Assembly (NCBI GenBank): GCA_019058295.1
Contig: JAHPZI010000028.1
Coordinates: 1 to 64,000 of the forward strand
Source: Promethearchaeota archaeon
Lineage (GTDB): Archaea; Asgardarchaeota; Lokiarchaeia; Sigyniarchaeales; SOKP01
Length of the DNA stretch: 64,000 nt
Reading direction: 5' to 3'
Below are positions 1 to 10,682 of this stretch, in pieces (within the stretch, counting starts at the first letter, position 1; each line of letters begins with the position of its first letter). Made by a program: the position numbers and the translations under genes. The notes below the pieces were generated by a model, which did not search any database, was not told where the DNA came from, and saw only the letters and a program-made list of their open reading frames with translations.

Positions 1-92
1 GTTGGGTAAAATTTTAACACTTGCTTTATGGAAAAATGAATGAGAGGAAAAAAATCTTTATCTCCAATTGTTATGAAATTTATTTCTCTCAT
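1..92 (-). CDS. 5' part of a glycosyltransferase-like gene, tandem paralog of 162-1205 (truncated by window edge)
   Basis: Reverse complement from 92 reads MREINFITIGDKDFFPLIHFSIKQVLKFYP, nearly identical to the N-terminus of the 162-1205 protein; not in ORF track. Confidence 0.85.
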   Translation of the reverse strand, partial: MREINFITIGDKDFFPLIHFSIKQVLKFYP

Positions 93-141
93 TTAAGAAA
101 ATTTAAGGAATTATATTTTTAAAATTTGTTTTTGCAATATT
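1..141. repeat. direct repeat copy (with ~1114-1254) covering gene start and upstream region
   Basis: 1-~141 aligns to 1114-~1254 at offset 1113 with few mismatches, including ~45 bp of non-coding upstream sequence. Confidence 0.85.
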
Positions 142-161
142 TTTAAACATAATTAATTCTC

Positions 162-1205
162 TTACAAAATCTGTTTTTTCATTTTTTTTCTAATATTTAA
201 AATAACAGATAAAAGAAAATATGCGAATATAGTAAAATTAAGAGGTCTTACAAATAATTTAAATAAAAAAAAATTGTTAAAGATCTCTCTAATATTTTTT
301 TTAATTTTTGATGATAGAATTGGTGAAACTAATTTTAAAATGTGATAAAAAACATAACGTATTTTCATTTCTCGAATATAATCTCTAATTATGAGAGAGT
401 TCCTTAGATTTTCTGGATAATGATGTTTCATTGAGATAAGATGCAAAAATTTAACTTTTTTATCATTATACCTATTACCAGCACACCCAAAATTGTATAT
501 ACTGGTAGGATAAATCTTAATCCTATATTCTAAATTTGCTAATTTTATTATTCCAATATTATACTCCTTATATAATATTTCTATATTTCTATTTCTTATC
601 AAATTAAATAAAGAGGTCTGCCCTCTGAATGATTTACCTTTGCCTTTTCCAATTCCATTTATCCATTCTTGAATAAATATTTGCATTGGTTTTGAATTTA
701 ATTTAAAAAAAATAATCCCTGAATTAACTCCCCTCATCCGAACAAACCTCCCTTTCGGAAGATATTTATTCAGAATTAAAAATTTTACATTAACAGTTAA
801 ACCTATGTCGTAATTATCTTCAAATATTTCATCAATAGGATTTATTAATATAGCATCTCCATCAAAAAAAATTAAATTTTCCTTAACTCTTTTCGCACAA
901 TCCAACATACAGAAAGGTTTTTGATTAAGAAAATCAAATCTCTTTTTCAGATGCTTTAGGCGGTTTTTCATATGGCGTGTAATTCTTATAGATTTATACC
1001 CATTTTCTCTATCTAGTTTGTCAGTCCAGTCAATTAAGATCGTATTTGGATAGGTGTTAATTTTTTTTTTTTGATAGGGTGTAAAGCCCCAATCATAGAT
1101 AAATAATTTTGAGGTTGGATAAAATTTTAACACTTGCTTTATGGAAAAATAAATGAGAGGAAAATAATTTTTATCTCCAATTGTTATGAAATTAATTTCT
1201 CTCAT
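162..1205 (-). CDS. nucleotide-diphospho-sugar transferase (GT-A fold)-like protein
   Basis: DxD motif (FFDGDAIL), NSG motif (GVNSGIIF), QKP..ML, late His; hydrophobic C-terminal segment. Confidence 0.6.
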   Translation of the reverse strand: MREINFITIGDKNYFPLIYFSIKQVLKFYPTSKLFIYDWGFTPYQKKKINTYPNTILIDWTDKLDRENGYKSIRITRHMKNRLKHLKKRFDFLNQKPFCMLDCAKRVKENLIFFDGDAILINPIDEIFEDNYDIGLTVNVKFLILNKYLPKGRFVRMRGVNSGIIFFKLNSKPMQIFIQEWINGIGKGKGKSFRGQTSLFNLIRNRNIEILYKEYNIGIIKLANLEYRIKIYPTSIYNFGCAGNRYNDKKVKFLHLISMKHHYPENLRNSLIIRDYIREMKIRYVFYHILKLVSPILSSKIKKNIREIFNNFFLFKLFVRPLNFTIFAYFLLSVILNIRKKMKKQIL

Positions 1206-1420
1206 TTAAGAAAAATTAAGGAATTATATTTTTAAAATTTGTTTTTAGAATATTAATCATGAAGAAAAAATTTTTTTTTTTATCCGTTTAGGTACGAATA
1301 ATGAAAAATAGATATTATATTCAGTTTATTAAATTTATAAACATACTAAATAATTTACATAAATCTATTATAATCAAAATCCGATGATTTTTTTTAAAAA
1401 AAATTAAAATAAAATCCCAA

Positions 1421-2359
1421 GTGCGATTTATGAAAATGGATTATGATGAGGCTATAAAAAAGGAAGCAGCCTATTTTAATAAACTATTTGTTAAAAATTA
1501 TGAAGTAATGGATCTTCACTTATCAAAAAGAAGTAAAGATCCATTTTTTTATTGGGAAGATCCAAAATTGGAAAAAATTTTCGTGGGTAAATATCTAAAT
1601 CGTATTATTTATCCTTTTTCAAAAAAATCTTTGAAGATTTTGGAATGCGGTTGTGGATTAGGAAAAATATCCTTAGAATTATGTAGACAAAATCATATTA
1701 TCGATGCATATGATATTAGTGATAATGCTATTAAGTATGCTAACGAATATTATCAATCTTTAAAAAAAAAATCTCATAATTTTGGTACAATAAATTATGA
1801 AGTTAGAGATTTAAATAAAATAATTCTTCCAGAAGAAATTTATGATTTAATTGTATGTCACGGTTCAATGCATCATATCTTAAAATCAAAAAGGTTAATT
1901 AAAGAGGCTCATAAATCATTAAAAAGAGGCGCAAAATTTCTTCTTCTTGAAAATGTTGATCAAAAATCAAGGTTAGTCAAGATATTTAACGCAGGAATTG
2001 GTATACTGCTTAGTTTTTTAAAACCACTTAAATTTTATTATAAACTGTTAGAAAAAATAAAGTTGATTAAATCAAATAAGCTTGTTAAAAAATCTTATAT
2101 AAAATCCTTTCCTTTATCCCCTTTTGAAGGGGTTACAGGGAGAGAGATGTGTACCTATTTTATAGAAATCTTTGGAAAAGAAAACGTAAAGATTGAAACA
2201 GCAAATGCTTTTGCTAGAAATTGGGTTGTTAAAATTCCTGGACCAAATTTTATTAGATATCCTATAGCTCGTTTAATCAAACGGATTGATGATATTTTAA
2301 TAAAGATTGGATTTGTAGAAGGATCCAGTATTTTTATTGAAGCAAATAAAAGGAATTAG
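1421..2359 (+). CDS. class I SAM-dependent methyltransferase
   Basis: Motif I ILECGCGLG, AYDIS, YDLIVCHGSMHH, LKRGAKF. Confidence 0.85.
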   Translation: MRFMKMDYDEAIKKEAAYFNKLFVKNYEVMDLHLSKRSKDPFFYWEDPKLEKIFVGKYLNRIIYPFSKKSLKILECGCGLGKISLELCRQNHIIDAYDISDNAIKYANEYYQSLKKKSHNFGTINYEVRDLNKIILPEEIYDLIVCHGSMHHILKSKRLIKEAHKSLKRGAKFLLLENVDQKSRLVKIFNAGIGILLSFLKPLKFYYKLLEKIKLIKSNKLVKKSYIKSFPLSPFEGVTGREMCTYFIEIFGKENVKIETANAFARNWVVKIPGPNFIRYPIARLIKRIDDILIKIGFVEGSSIFIEANKRN

Positions 2360-2529
2360 AATTTCTGTTTTTCTTTTGATATCATCTATTTAATTACCAC
2401 ATCCTTTTATAAAACTGAAAAATATCTTTTTTATATTTCATATAATTAATTATTATTGAGAATTTTTGATTAATTAAAATAGATTTACTTAAATATTAAA
2501 ATATAAGGTGGAAGAACATTTCATTTTTT

Positions 2530-3441
2530 ATGTTAATTCACAAGCTTACAACATATCATGGAAAACCACAGAAATACTTATATTTTCTCTTAACTATACC
2601 AAGAATTAAAAAAATGATTAGATTAATTATTTTAAACTTTAGATACTTGACAAATTGGATAAGAATTTATCCTGATTTTATCATCATAGGAGCTGCGAAA
2701 TGTGGGACCACTTCTCTCTTTTATTATTTAAAACAGCATCCAGATATAAAAACTTCATATGTTAAAGAGGTTAAATTTTTCAATAAAAACAACTATTATT
2801 TAGGTTTTAAGCGGTATAGATCTTTCTTTCCAAGTTTGTTTTTTAAATATTTTTACAAATATATCTTAAAAAGAAAATTTATTACTGGTGAGGGATCATC
2901 CGATTATCTACGTCATCCAATCGTAGCTAAAAGAATTTATTCATTACTTCCTAAAGTAAAATTAATCATATTATTAAGAAATCCTGTGGATAGAGCATAT
3001 TCACATTATAATATGAATGTTAGATTTAATCTTGATAAATTATCTTTTGAAGAGGCTATAGAAAAAGAGCATGAACTATTGAAAGGTGGGATCGATAGAA
3101 TCCTTATAGATAAGCACTATAAAAAATTTAAATTCAACCGGTTTTTCTATTTATTAAGGGGTATTTATTTAAATCAAATAAAATTCTGGTTTCGGTATTT
3201 TCCAAAAGAGCAAATTTTAATATTAAAAAGCGAGGATTTCTTTGATCATCCTCCCGATATTCTAAAAAAAATTTTTAAATTTTTAGAAATACCAAACTGG
3301 AGGCTTTTTAAATATAATAAATGGAAAAAAGCTAATTATCAAAAGATGGATGATAAGACTAGAAATTGGTTGATTAATTATTATAAACCGTATAATAAAC
3401 GGTTATATGAATTTTTAGGTATAAATTTTAATTGGGATTAA
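2530..3441 (+). CDS. PAPS-dependent sulfotransferase (heparan-sulfate 3-O-ST/NDST-like domain)
   Basis: 5'-PSB loop PDFIIIGAAKCGTTSL, KEVKFF, 3'-PB motif LRNPVDRAYS; true start may be a later Met. Confidence 0.9.
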   Translation: MLIHKLTTYHGKPQKYLYFLLTIPRIKKMIRLIILNFRYLTNWIRIYPDFIIIGAAKCGTTSLFYYLKQHPDIKTSYVKEVKFFNKNNYYLGFKRYRSFFPSLFFKYFYKYILKRKFITGEGSSDYLRHPIVAKRIYSLLPKVKLIILLRNPVDRAYSHYNMNVRFNLDKLSFEEAIEKEHELLKGGIDRILIDKHYKKFKFNRFFYLLRGIYLNQIKFWFRYFPKEQILILKSEDFFDHPPDILKKIFKFLEIPNWRLFKYNKWKKANYQKMDDKTRNWLINYYKPYNKRLYEFLGINFNWD

Positions 3442-3524
3442 TTTCAAAAGTTATAAAATTTCTAGACCGCGGATATTTTTGATATTCACTTTTAAATTTT
3501 ATTTAAATTAGCTCCTTCTTTTAA

Positions 3525-4241
3525 TTATAGACCTAAGCATTTAATCAATTTATCAATATTTTGTCCAGTCTTAGCACTTGTTGTTAGAATAGTAATATTC
3601 GGATTAATTTTTTTCGCATCTTTTATCATTTTTTCAACATTGGTACCTAATCGTTCACGAAGGTCAATTTTATTTATGACTGCGATATCAGACATTTTAA
3701 ATAACATAGGATGTTTTTCAACAACCCATTCGCCTTCTGTTGTCGACACTATTACAACTCTATTGTCTGTTCCCAAGGAGAAATCCGAAGGGCATATTAA
3801 ATTTCCTACATTTTCAATGAAAATAACATCATAGTTTGTTAAATCTTTATTATTAATTATCTGATATATATGATACGCATTTAATGCACATTCACGTCCA
3901 GTATTAATTTGTATTGTTTCAGCGTTATGTCTCTCTATTCGGTCGGCATCAACTCTAGTTGTAATATCTCCACATATTACTAATACTCTATATTTTGATG
4001 AGATCGATTCGCTAATCTTTTCTAAAAGTGCGGTCTTGCCGGCTCCAATCGCTCCTACGATGTCATAAGATAATATGTTATGTTGTTTAAATATAATATT
4101 AATCTGCTCAGCTAAAGCATCGTTTTCTTGCCCAACTTCTTTTTTTGTCTCGATAACTAAATCCCTTATTTCATCTCTAGCTAAGTTAGTACTCTCGATT
4201 TCTCTAATCCTATGAATCTCCTTCTCTTCTTTATCTGACAT
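3525..4241 (-). CDS. hypB: hydrogenase nickel incorporation GTPase HypB
   Basis: GAIGAGKT P-loop, QINTGREC, IENVGNLICP, NKID, SAK. Confidence 0.9.
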   Translation of the reverse strand: MSDKEEKEIHRIREIESTNLARDEIRDLVIETKKEVGQENDALAEQINIIFKQHNILSYDIVGAIGAGKTALLEKISESISSKYRVLVICGDITTRVDADRIERHNAETIQINTGRECALNAYHIYQIINNKDLTNYDVIFIENVGNLICPSDFSLGTDNRVVIVSTTEGEWVVEKHPMLFKMSDIAVINKIDLRERLGTNVEKMIKDAKKINPNITILTTSAKTGQNIDKLIKCLGL

Positions 4242-4460
4242 TTTAAAACACTAATCCAAAATTATTATATAAGTAAATTGCAATTACAAAAAAAAGATAT
4301 TTAAAATGAAGGTTCTGTTAATTTTTTTCTTTATTCATGTAATCAAAAACATTTTAAAGTTAAATAAATCAAATGGTTTTGTATTCTCCTTAATCTTTTA
4401 AAGCAATAGATTTTTTCTATTAATTATAAAAATCGATGTTTTTAAAGGTAATTATGAGAA

Positions 4461-5960
4461 ATGCTGAATAATCTTCATAATTTGGGCTCTCCTTTAGAAT
4501 TCTGGGAATATTTTGAAAATATTTCTAAAATTCCGCATTGCTCTGGTGATGAGGGTAAGATTAGAGAATATATAAAAGACGAGGCAGAAAAATTCAATTA
4601 TGAAACAAAAATTGATAAAGCCGGGAATATCTTAGTAATAATACCACCGAAAAAAGAAATAAGATCTATTATAACTATCCAAAGCCATATGGATATGGTC
4701 TGCGAGAAGAATAAAGATGTTGAACACGACTTCTCTAAAGATCCTCTAAAACTAAAAATTATTACTTCCGATGGTAAAAAATGGCTTACTGCTGAAGGTA
4801 CTACTTTAGGTGCTGACAATGCGACTGGTATGGCTTATTCTTTAGCGATAATGAAAAAAATTCACAAGGGTGAATTAATTTTCGAAGATTTAGAAATAGA
4901 CTTATTATTTACGGTAAGTGAAGAATCTGGTATGTTTGGGGCAATGCAAATTGAAAAAGATCTTTTAAGAAGTAAGTCTTTAATAAATCTAGATTCGGGA
5001 GGAGAAAACGTAATTACGATAGGATGTGTCGGAGCTTTAATTACATATGTAGAAATTAGATCAGATTTAATAGATGTCAATCAAATAGAAGATAAATTAA
5101 AGCCTTTAGAAATAAAAATAACTGGATTGCTTGGGGGGCATTCTGGGGATGATATAGATAAAGGTCGTGCAAATTCTATAAAATTAATTACTAAAGTATT
5201 ATGGAAACTTAATCAAAACTTTTCAATTTTTATTAAATCAATAGACGGTGGTGGCGAACATCTAAATGCCCTGCCAAGAGAGGCCAAGTCAATTTTTTAT
5301 GCTAAAAACGAAGATTTACAGCAAGTTCAAGAATTATTTAAAATTATAATCTCAGAAATAAAGAAAGAGTATTCAAAAATCGAGAGGCATATTGAGATCT
5401 CCCTCTCGAAAATGGAGAATTATCCAAAAGAAACTGTTTTTTCTAAAGAGTTCCAAGATAAATTTTTAGATCTCTTAATTTCATTCCCGCATGGTCCTAT
5501 TTCAATGCATCCACAATTTGAAAATTTAGTACATACATCAACTAATTTAGCTTTCATTATTACGAAAAGGAACCGTATTAAAATCGAGTCAATGCAAAGA
5601 AGTTTTGAGAACACATCTTATAAAGAAATATCAGATAAGATAATTAAATTATTCAAAGATGCTGGCTTAAAAATTAAATTCAAGCAATTGGGGGGCTTTG
5701 GTGAATGGAATCCGAATTTTGATTCACCATTACTAAAACTTACTAAGGAAACATACGAAAACTCATCTGTTGAAAATATAATCATAACAGCACTTCACGT
5801 CGGCTTAGAACCAGGAGTTTTCCTAATGAACTACCCAGATCTTGATATGGTAGCAATAGGTCCTACTATGTATGCTCCACATTCTCCCGATGAGAGGTTA
5901 TCTATTCAGAGCGTTGAGAATTTTTGGAAAATTTTAGTCCGTTTACTAAAGAACATTTAG
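4461..5960 (+). CDS. pepD: aminoacyl-histidine dipeptidase (peptidase M20C)
   Basis: QSHMDMVCEK, TTLGADN, EE, GGHSG, HVGLE, HSPDERL motifs. Confidence 0.9.
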   Translation: MLNNLHNLGSPLEFWEYFENISKIPHCSGDEGKIREYIKDEAEKFNYETKIDKAGNILVIIPPKKEIRSIITIQSHMDMVCEKNKDVEHDFSKDPLKLKIITSDGKKWLTAEGTTLGADNATGMAYSLAIMKKIHKGELIFEDLEIDLLFTVSEESGMFGAMQIEKDLLRSKSLINLDSGGENVITIGCVGALITYVEIRSDLIDVNQIEDKLKPLEIKITGLLGGHSGDDIDKGRANSIKLITKVLWKLNQNFSIFIKSIDGGGEHLNALPREAKSIFYAKNEDLQQVQELFKIIISEIKKEYSKIERHIEISLSKMENYPKETVFSKEFQDKFLDLLISFPHGPISMHPQFENLVHTSTNLAFIITKRNRIKIESMQRSFENTSYKEISDKIIKLFKDAGLKIKFKQLGGFGEWNPNFDSPLLKLTKETYENSSVENIIITALHVGLEPGVFLMNYPDLDMVAIGPTMYAPHSPDERLSIQSVENFWKILVRLLKNI

Positions 5961-6038
5961 AAAGGATTTTCAAGAATAGAAACAATAACTTTTATTGAAA
6001 TAGACCAATTATTAAAAGATCAAAAATTACTACTTAAT

Positions 6039-6746
6039 GTGTCGTTTATAAAACCAGCAGAAATCTACATATATCTCTCTGAAAAATATAGAGGTTGGAG
6101 CGGGATAGGAGATTATATGGTTCCAATATTCGGAGACATATATTTTGGGCGAATTAAAAGTATTATAAAAAAAATCTATCAAATTAATAAAAGAAAATTA
6201 TATTCACCTGTTCTTGATGTAGGTGGAGGATTTGGGTTATTTTGTGCAAATATTAAACGTAATTTTCCAGAAAGTGATGTTTATTTATCAGAGATTTTAT
6301 CTAATGAAATTATGGCAATTATAAAAAATATAATGAAAAATAAATTACATATTGATTTAAATTATAAATTTAAATGTGATATTCAAAAAAAGACATCATT
6401 TGAAAGCAATAAGTTTGAAATGATTTTCATTCTTGATGTTTTTGAGCATCTTGAATACCCTAATCTAGCATTAGATGAAATAATTCGTATTTTGAAAAAA
6501 AAGGGGATTTTAATTATCTCCGTTCCTACAGAAAGTAAATTGATAAAATTATTTAGATCCATTTATTCTAATTTTGGAATAGTTGATCTTAATCCACATT
6601 GGAATGGTCCAATAAAATCCGAGAAAGATTTTTTCAAGTTTTTAAAAAAGAAAGAAATAACTATTATAATGAAAAAAAAATACCCATTTAACTTCCTTCC
6701 TAAATTTTTTTCTTATGATATGTTTTATTTTGTTCAGAAGATTTAA
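6039..6746 (+). CDS. class I SAM-dependent methyltransferase (Methyltransf_11-like)
   Basis: VLDVGGGFG, DVFEHL, LKKKGILIISVP. Confidence 0.8.
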   Translation: MSFIKPAEIYIYLSEKYRGWSGIGDYMVPIFGDIYFGRIKSIIKKIYQINKRKLYSPVLDVGGGFGLFCANIKRNFPESDVYLSEILSNEIMAIIKNIMKNKLHIDLNYKFKCDIQKKTSFESNKFEMIFILDVFEHLEYPNLALDEIIRILKKKGILIISVPTESKLIKLFRSIYSNFGIVDLNPHWNGPIKSEKDFFKFLKKKEITIIMKKKYPFNFLPKFFSYDMFYFVQKI

Positions 6747-7810
6747 AATTTTCTTTCAGCAACAAAATTTAATAAACTTTCGAAAAAATCTAATTCAGAT
6801 TGATTAATTAAGGGTTTTAATTTATCCAAGGATGCCTTAGCACCTTGCAAAAAAGAATTTGCCAAAGTCTTACATGAATTTTCTACATCTGCTTCAACGA
6901 ATAAATCTTTAACTTCTTGAACATTATTATTCGTCATGTCTTGTTTTCCAATTAATTCGTTGAGTCGATTTCTTTTCTTGTTTTCCAATTTATTATATGC
7001 CTCTATTAATAGGCAAGTTTTTTTCCCTTCTCTTATATCTCCATCAGTAGGTTTACCAGTTATCTTTTCATCTCCAAAGGTTCCTAAGATGTCGTCAATT
7101 ATTTGAAATATTATTCCAAGATTAGTACCATAAGTAGATAAATACTTCTTATATTTTTTATCCACTAGCGCGTAGTTAGCTCCAATTAGAATAGATTTTT
7201 CTATTAAAGCACCAGTTTTAAGAGAAATCATTTCTATATAATCTTGAATTTTCAATTCCTTTTTATTGACCATATCTATTTCGATAAGAACACCATCGCT
7301 AATTTCTTTAAAAACTTGTTGATAATATTCAATAGCTTTCAGATTCAACTCTGTTTCAAATTCATTAAATAAATAAGCTTCTAATCCCATAAAGAAAGCT
7401 GTATCTCCCCCAATAATTCCAATGTTAGTACCAAAATCCTGAGCAACCATCTTTTTCAAATCATATTGCTCATGATATTGACGAAATCGATAATGAAATG
7501 ATGGTTTTCCTCGCCTAAACTCATCTTTATCAATTATATCATCGTGAATTAAACTTGCGTTATGCAAGAATTCAGTTCCAACACTTGGTATTATAATTCT
7601 ATTATCAGGTTTATCTTTAAATGCATTACAGGTGGCAATACAAAGCAATGGGCGGATTCTTTTACCCCCCGAAAGAAAGTAATTTCTAAGTATTGAATAG
7701 TAATCTTTTAAAAAAGGATTCTTAACAATCTTTAGTTTTCTATCGTAAATTAGTTTTATGGCATCGTTTATTTTTGGTTTGTAAAGACTTATATATTCGG
7801 TGAATTTCAT
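6743..7810 (-). CDS. idsA: polyprenyl diphosphate synthase (probable geranylgeranyl diphosphate synthase)
   Basis: GGKRIRP, first Asp-rich LIHDDIID..RRG, KT, second FQIIDD, DIREGKKT. Confidence 0.88.
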   Translation of the reverse strand: MKFTEYISLYKPKINDAIKLIYDRKLKIVKNPFLKDYYSILRNYFLSGGKRIRPLLCIATCNAFKDKPDNRIIIPSVGTEFLHNASLIHDDIIDKDEFRRGKPSFHYRFRQYHEQYDLKKMVAQDFGTNIGIIGGDTAFFMGLEAYLFNEFETELNLKAIEYYQQVFKEISDGVLIEIDMVNKKELKIQDYIEMISLKTGALIEKSILIGANYALVDKKYKKYLSTYGTNLGIIFQIIDDILGTFGDEKITGKPTDGDIREGKKTCLLIEAYNKLENKKRNRLNELIGKQDMTNNNVQEVKDLFVEADVENSCKTLANSFLQGAKASLDKLKPLINQSELDFFESLLNFVAERKF

Positions 7811-7820
7811 ATATTAACAC

Positions 7821-8942
7821 TTAATCCATTAATTTTCTCATTATGATTTCAGAACTTCGATATTTCTCCCATAATCCTAAGAATTTTTTTAAGTTTTCAT
7901 CATTTTGAAATATTTTATCTCGGGCTGTCCTTTTAGCTTTCAATATTCTAAGAAACTTTCTATCCAATAATTTTTCGTATTGAATTCCTAATTTATCCAA
8001 TTTATCTTTCTTTTCGCAAAATTTAATTGCTTCAACCGCAAACATTCCAGACATCATGGCATAAGGGATACCTTTGCCCGAAATGGGATCAACAATACCA
8101 CCAGCATCGCCAACAGCAAATACATTATCATCGTAGAGTTTTGGTCTCAAACCGACGGGAATTAAATGAGGCTTGAAAATTTCCATTTTTGAATCTGCTA
8201 ATGCTTCCTTTACAAATGGGAGCGAAGTAAATTTTTTAAATTCTTCTCTGGAATTTTTAATTAAATTGATTTGATTGCCCCAGCCTACTGTAATAGTTTC
8301 TGCTTTTGGAAACAACCAAGCATATCCTACAGAAATTAGATTTTTAATGCCAAAAAATAAATGAACCGTATCAGGCCCTAAGATCTTGTCAATAAATGAT
8401 TTTTGAGTTTTCATTTCTTTAGTAATTGTTAGAATTAGATTTTCCTTTTCAAAATAAGGCCAATTTAGCATTTTTAAAGTAGGAGATGTAACCCCATCCG
8501 CCGCAATGACATAATTCGCTAAATATACATCATTCTTACTTGTAATTTGATAAGAGTCAGCAAGTTTTTCTATCCTAATTATCCCTTCTCTTTCTTTTAA
8601 TATAGCTCCACTATTAACAGCCTTATCTGTTAAAAATTTATCAAAAGTACTTCGCCAAATAACAGCGCCCTTACCCTTCTTAGAAAAATGATCTCCATCA
8701 ACATGATGCAGTTCCAAAGATTCTATTACTCTAGATATTTTATCTTCAGGATAATCAATCTCTTCTACTAACTCCCAGGCCGTTGCCCCACCACAAGCTT
8801 TATATCTACCATTTTCTCCTATCTGTTCTTTTTCAAGTAGTAAAGTTTTATAGCCATTTTCAGCAGCAACATTTGCGGCTATAGAACCACCGGGACCAGC
8901 ACCTATAACAATTATATCAAATATATTATTAGACTTTTCCAA
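7821..8942 (-). CDS. geranylgeranyl reductase family FAD oxidoreductase
   Basis: GAGPGG, KACGG, AADG, GYAWLFP, VGDAGGIVDPISGKGI; adjacent to the prenyl synthase. Confidence 0.88.
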   Translation of the reverse strand: MEKSNNIFDIIVIGAGPGGSIAANVAAENGYKTLLLEKEQIGENGRYKACGGATAWELVEEIDYPEDKISRVIESLELHHVDGDHFSKKGKGAVIWRSTFDKFLTDKAVNSGAILKEREGIIRIEKLADSYQITSKNDVYLANYVIAADGVTSPTLKMLNWPYFEKENLILTITKEMKTQKSFIDKILGPDTVHLFFGIKNLISVGYAWLFPKAETITVGWGNQINLIKNSREEFKKFTSLPFVKEALADSKMEIFKPHLIPVGLRPKLYDDNVFAVGDAGGIVDPISGKGIPYAMMSGMFAVEAIKFCEKKDKLDKLGIQYEKLLDRKFLRILKAKRTARDKIFQNDENLKKFLGLWEKYRSSEIIMRKLMD

Positions 8943-9058
8943 AAATAATCAACTTTAGAAATCTTATGCTGTAAAAACCATTATATAATTTAAGCTATTT
9001 CAAATTTTCAAAATGCTTATTGATTGAAAAAAAGCTATAAATAGAAATAAAAAAAAAT

Positions 9059-10582
9059 TCATTTTTTATCTAAAATAGAATTTCCTACAACACTCGAATG
9101 TGGTTTAATCCCTAGCAGATCTAATAAAGTAGGAACAACATCCGTAGTTTTGCTATAACTAAGTTCAAAATTGGGAATAGCGCCTGAACCTCCAATAATA
9201 AATGGAACAGTCATAGAACTTTTTAAAGCAATATCATGTGAATAAGGTGAAGATTCTTTTGTTTTGCCATGCTCGAATCCAAAAGCATATTCACCGCAAG
9301 TTGATGTCATTATATCACAAGTTCTTGGATTCTTGAAATATCGAGGTAATTGATCAATAAACATTGGAAAGTCAATTTGATAAGTTGCAGCTAACCATTC
9401 ATCTATAGTGTGAGCTTTATCATCGAGAAGTTTTTCTGCCTTTTCATGTTTCTCGTATCCGAATAAATCTATATCGTTAAATTTATATTTTGTTTTTTGA
9501 TTAATACCATGTCCTTCAAATTCAATTTGACCTTTTGCAATTTTCCCTGTCTTTGGGTCTTTATATTCTAAATTTATTATACCTTTATCTGGTGTATTTT
9601 CGTTTTCCCTATAATACATATATTTTGTTCCAGGAATTTCCCAAATCATTTCAAATAAATTAATTTTTTTGCCATTACTTCCGCTTGGGACAAAATTGTT
9701 TAAGTCCTCAATAGTTGGATGATTATGCCATGTATTTCCTGGAAAATTAAAGAATCCCACAGAACCAAATGTGGCATCAAAATCCCCAGTGCCCTTTTCA
9801 GGTTCATATTGCCTTAAACCTTTTGCTTGAAAAAATGGTTCTAAATCATACATATTTGGAGCAGCATAGTTTCCATGATCTGAGATAATTCCAATTGCAG
9901 TATCGTCATAATATCCCATAGTTTTGAGAGTTTCAATTAATGAACCTAAATATTTATCACAACTCAAAATTTCATTTATATATTTTCTAGATTTAAATCC
10001 TCTTGTATGCATTAATTCATCTGTTTGGGGGATATATATTATAGTAATTTTCGGAATCTCATTATTGGGAAAAATATCTCCCGGATTTTTATAAGCATCA
10101 ATAGCAATTTTAAAAATTAATTCTGATGTGAATTTAAACGGAACCTTAACTTCTGAACCTCGAAACAAAACATTGAGAGCGCTAAGAAAATTTCCCTCAC
10201 CTGCTTGTTCAAAAATAGTTTGAACGCGTTTTCCTACGTCTCTCCCTAATCTCCAAAGCTGACGACCTGCACCATAATTACGAATTATTGGAAATCTCTT
10301 CCCTTCTGAGGGGGAATCTGTTCTACCAACCCAATGATAATTTACTACTCCAGATCCATCTTTTGGGTAATATCCCGAATAAGCTCCTACTATAATGTTT
10401 GAATAACAAGGATAAGTGATGCTTGGAAATGAAGTGATACAGTTCCTACAAGAAATTCCTTTTTCAGCTAAAGAGGCCATATTTGGAGCCTTTCCTTCAT
10501 TCATAAGATCAAAAAGATGTTCAGCTCTCACATCATCCAATATTAATAAGATAACCTGGTTTACTTTAGATTTACGACTCAT
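9059..10582 (-). CDS. alkaline phosphatase superfamily protein (nucleotide pyrophosphatase/phosphodiesterase type)
   Basis: LILDDVR, FPSITYP (Thr nucleophile), DELMH, SDHG, DVVPTLLDLLG. Confidence 0.85.
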   Translation of the reverse strand: MSRKSKVNQVILLILDDVRAEHLFDLMNEGKAPNMASLAEKGISCRNCITSFPSITYPCYSNIIVGAYSGYYPKDGSGVVNYHWVGRTDSPSEGKRFPIIRNYGAGRQLWRLGRDVGKRVQTIFEQAGEGNFLSALNVLFRGSEVKVPFKFTSELIFKIAIDAYKNPGDIFPNNEIPKITIIYIPQTDELMHTRGFKSRKYINEILSCDKYLGSLIETLKTMGYYDDTAIGIISDHGNYAAPNMYDLEPFFQAKGLRQYEPEKGTGDFDATFGSVGFFNFPGNTWHNHPTIEDLNNFVPSGSNGKKINLFEMIWEIPGTKYMYYRENENTPDKGIINLEYKDPKTGKIAKGQIEFEGHGINQKTKYKFNDIDLFGYEKHEKAEKLLDDKAHTIDEWLAATYQIDFPMFIDQLPRYFKNPRTCDIMTSTCGEYAFGFEHGKTKESSPYSHDIALKSSMTVPFIIGGSGAIPNFELSYSKTTDVVPTLLDLLGIKPHSSVVGNSILDKK

Positions 10583-10682
10583 GAAAAACCTCAGCTTTTT
10601 TGTTTTTATTTTAATATGAAAGTTTTAATACATTATAAATCTTAAAGAATTTGAAAATTACATCAGTAGCTGACCAAAACTA

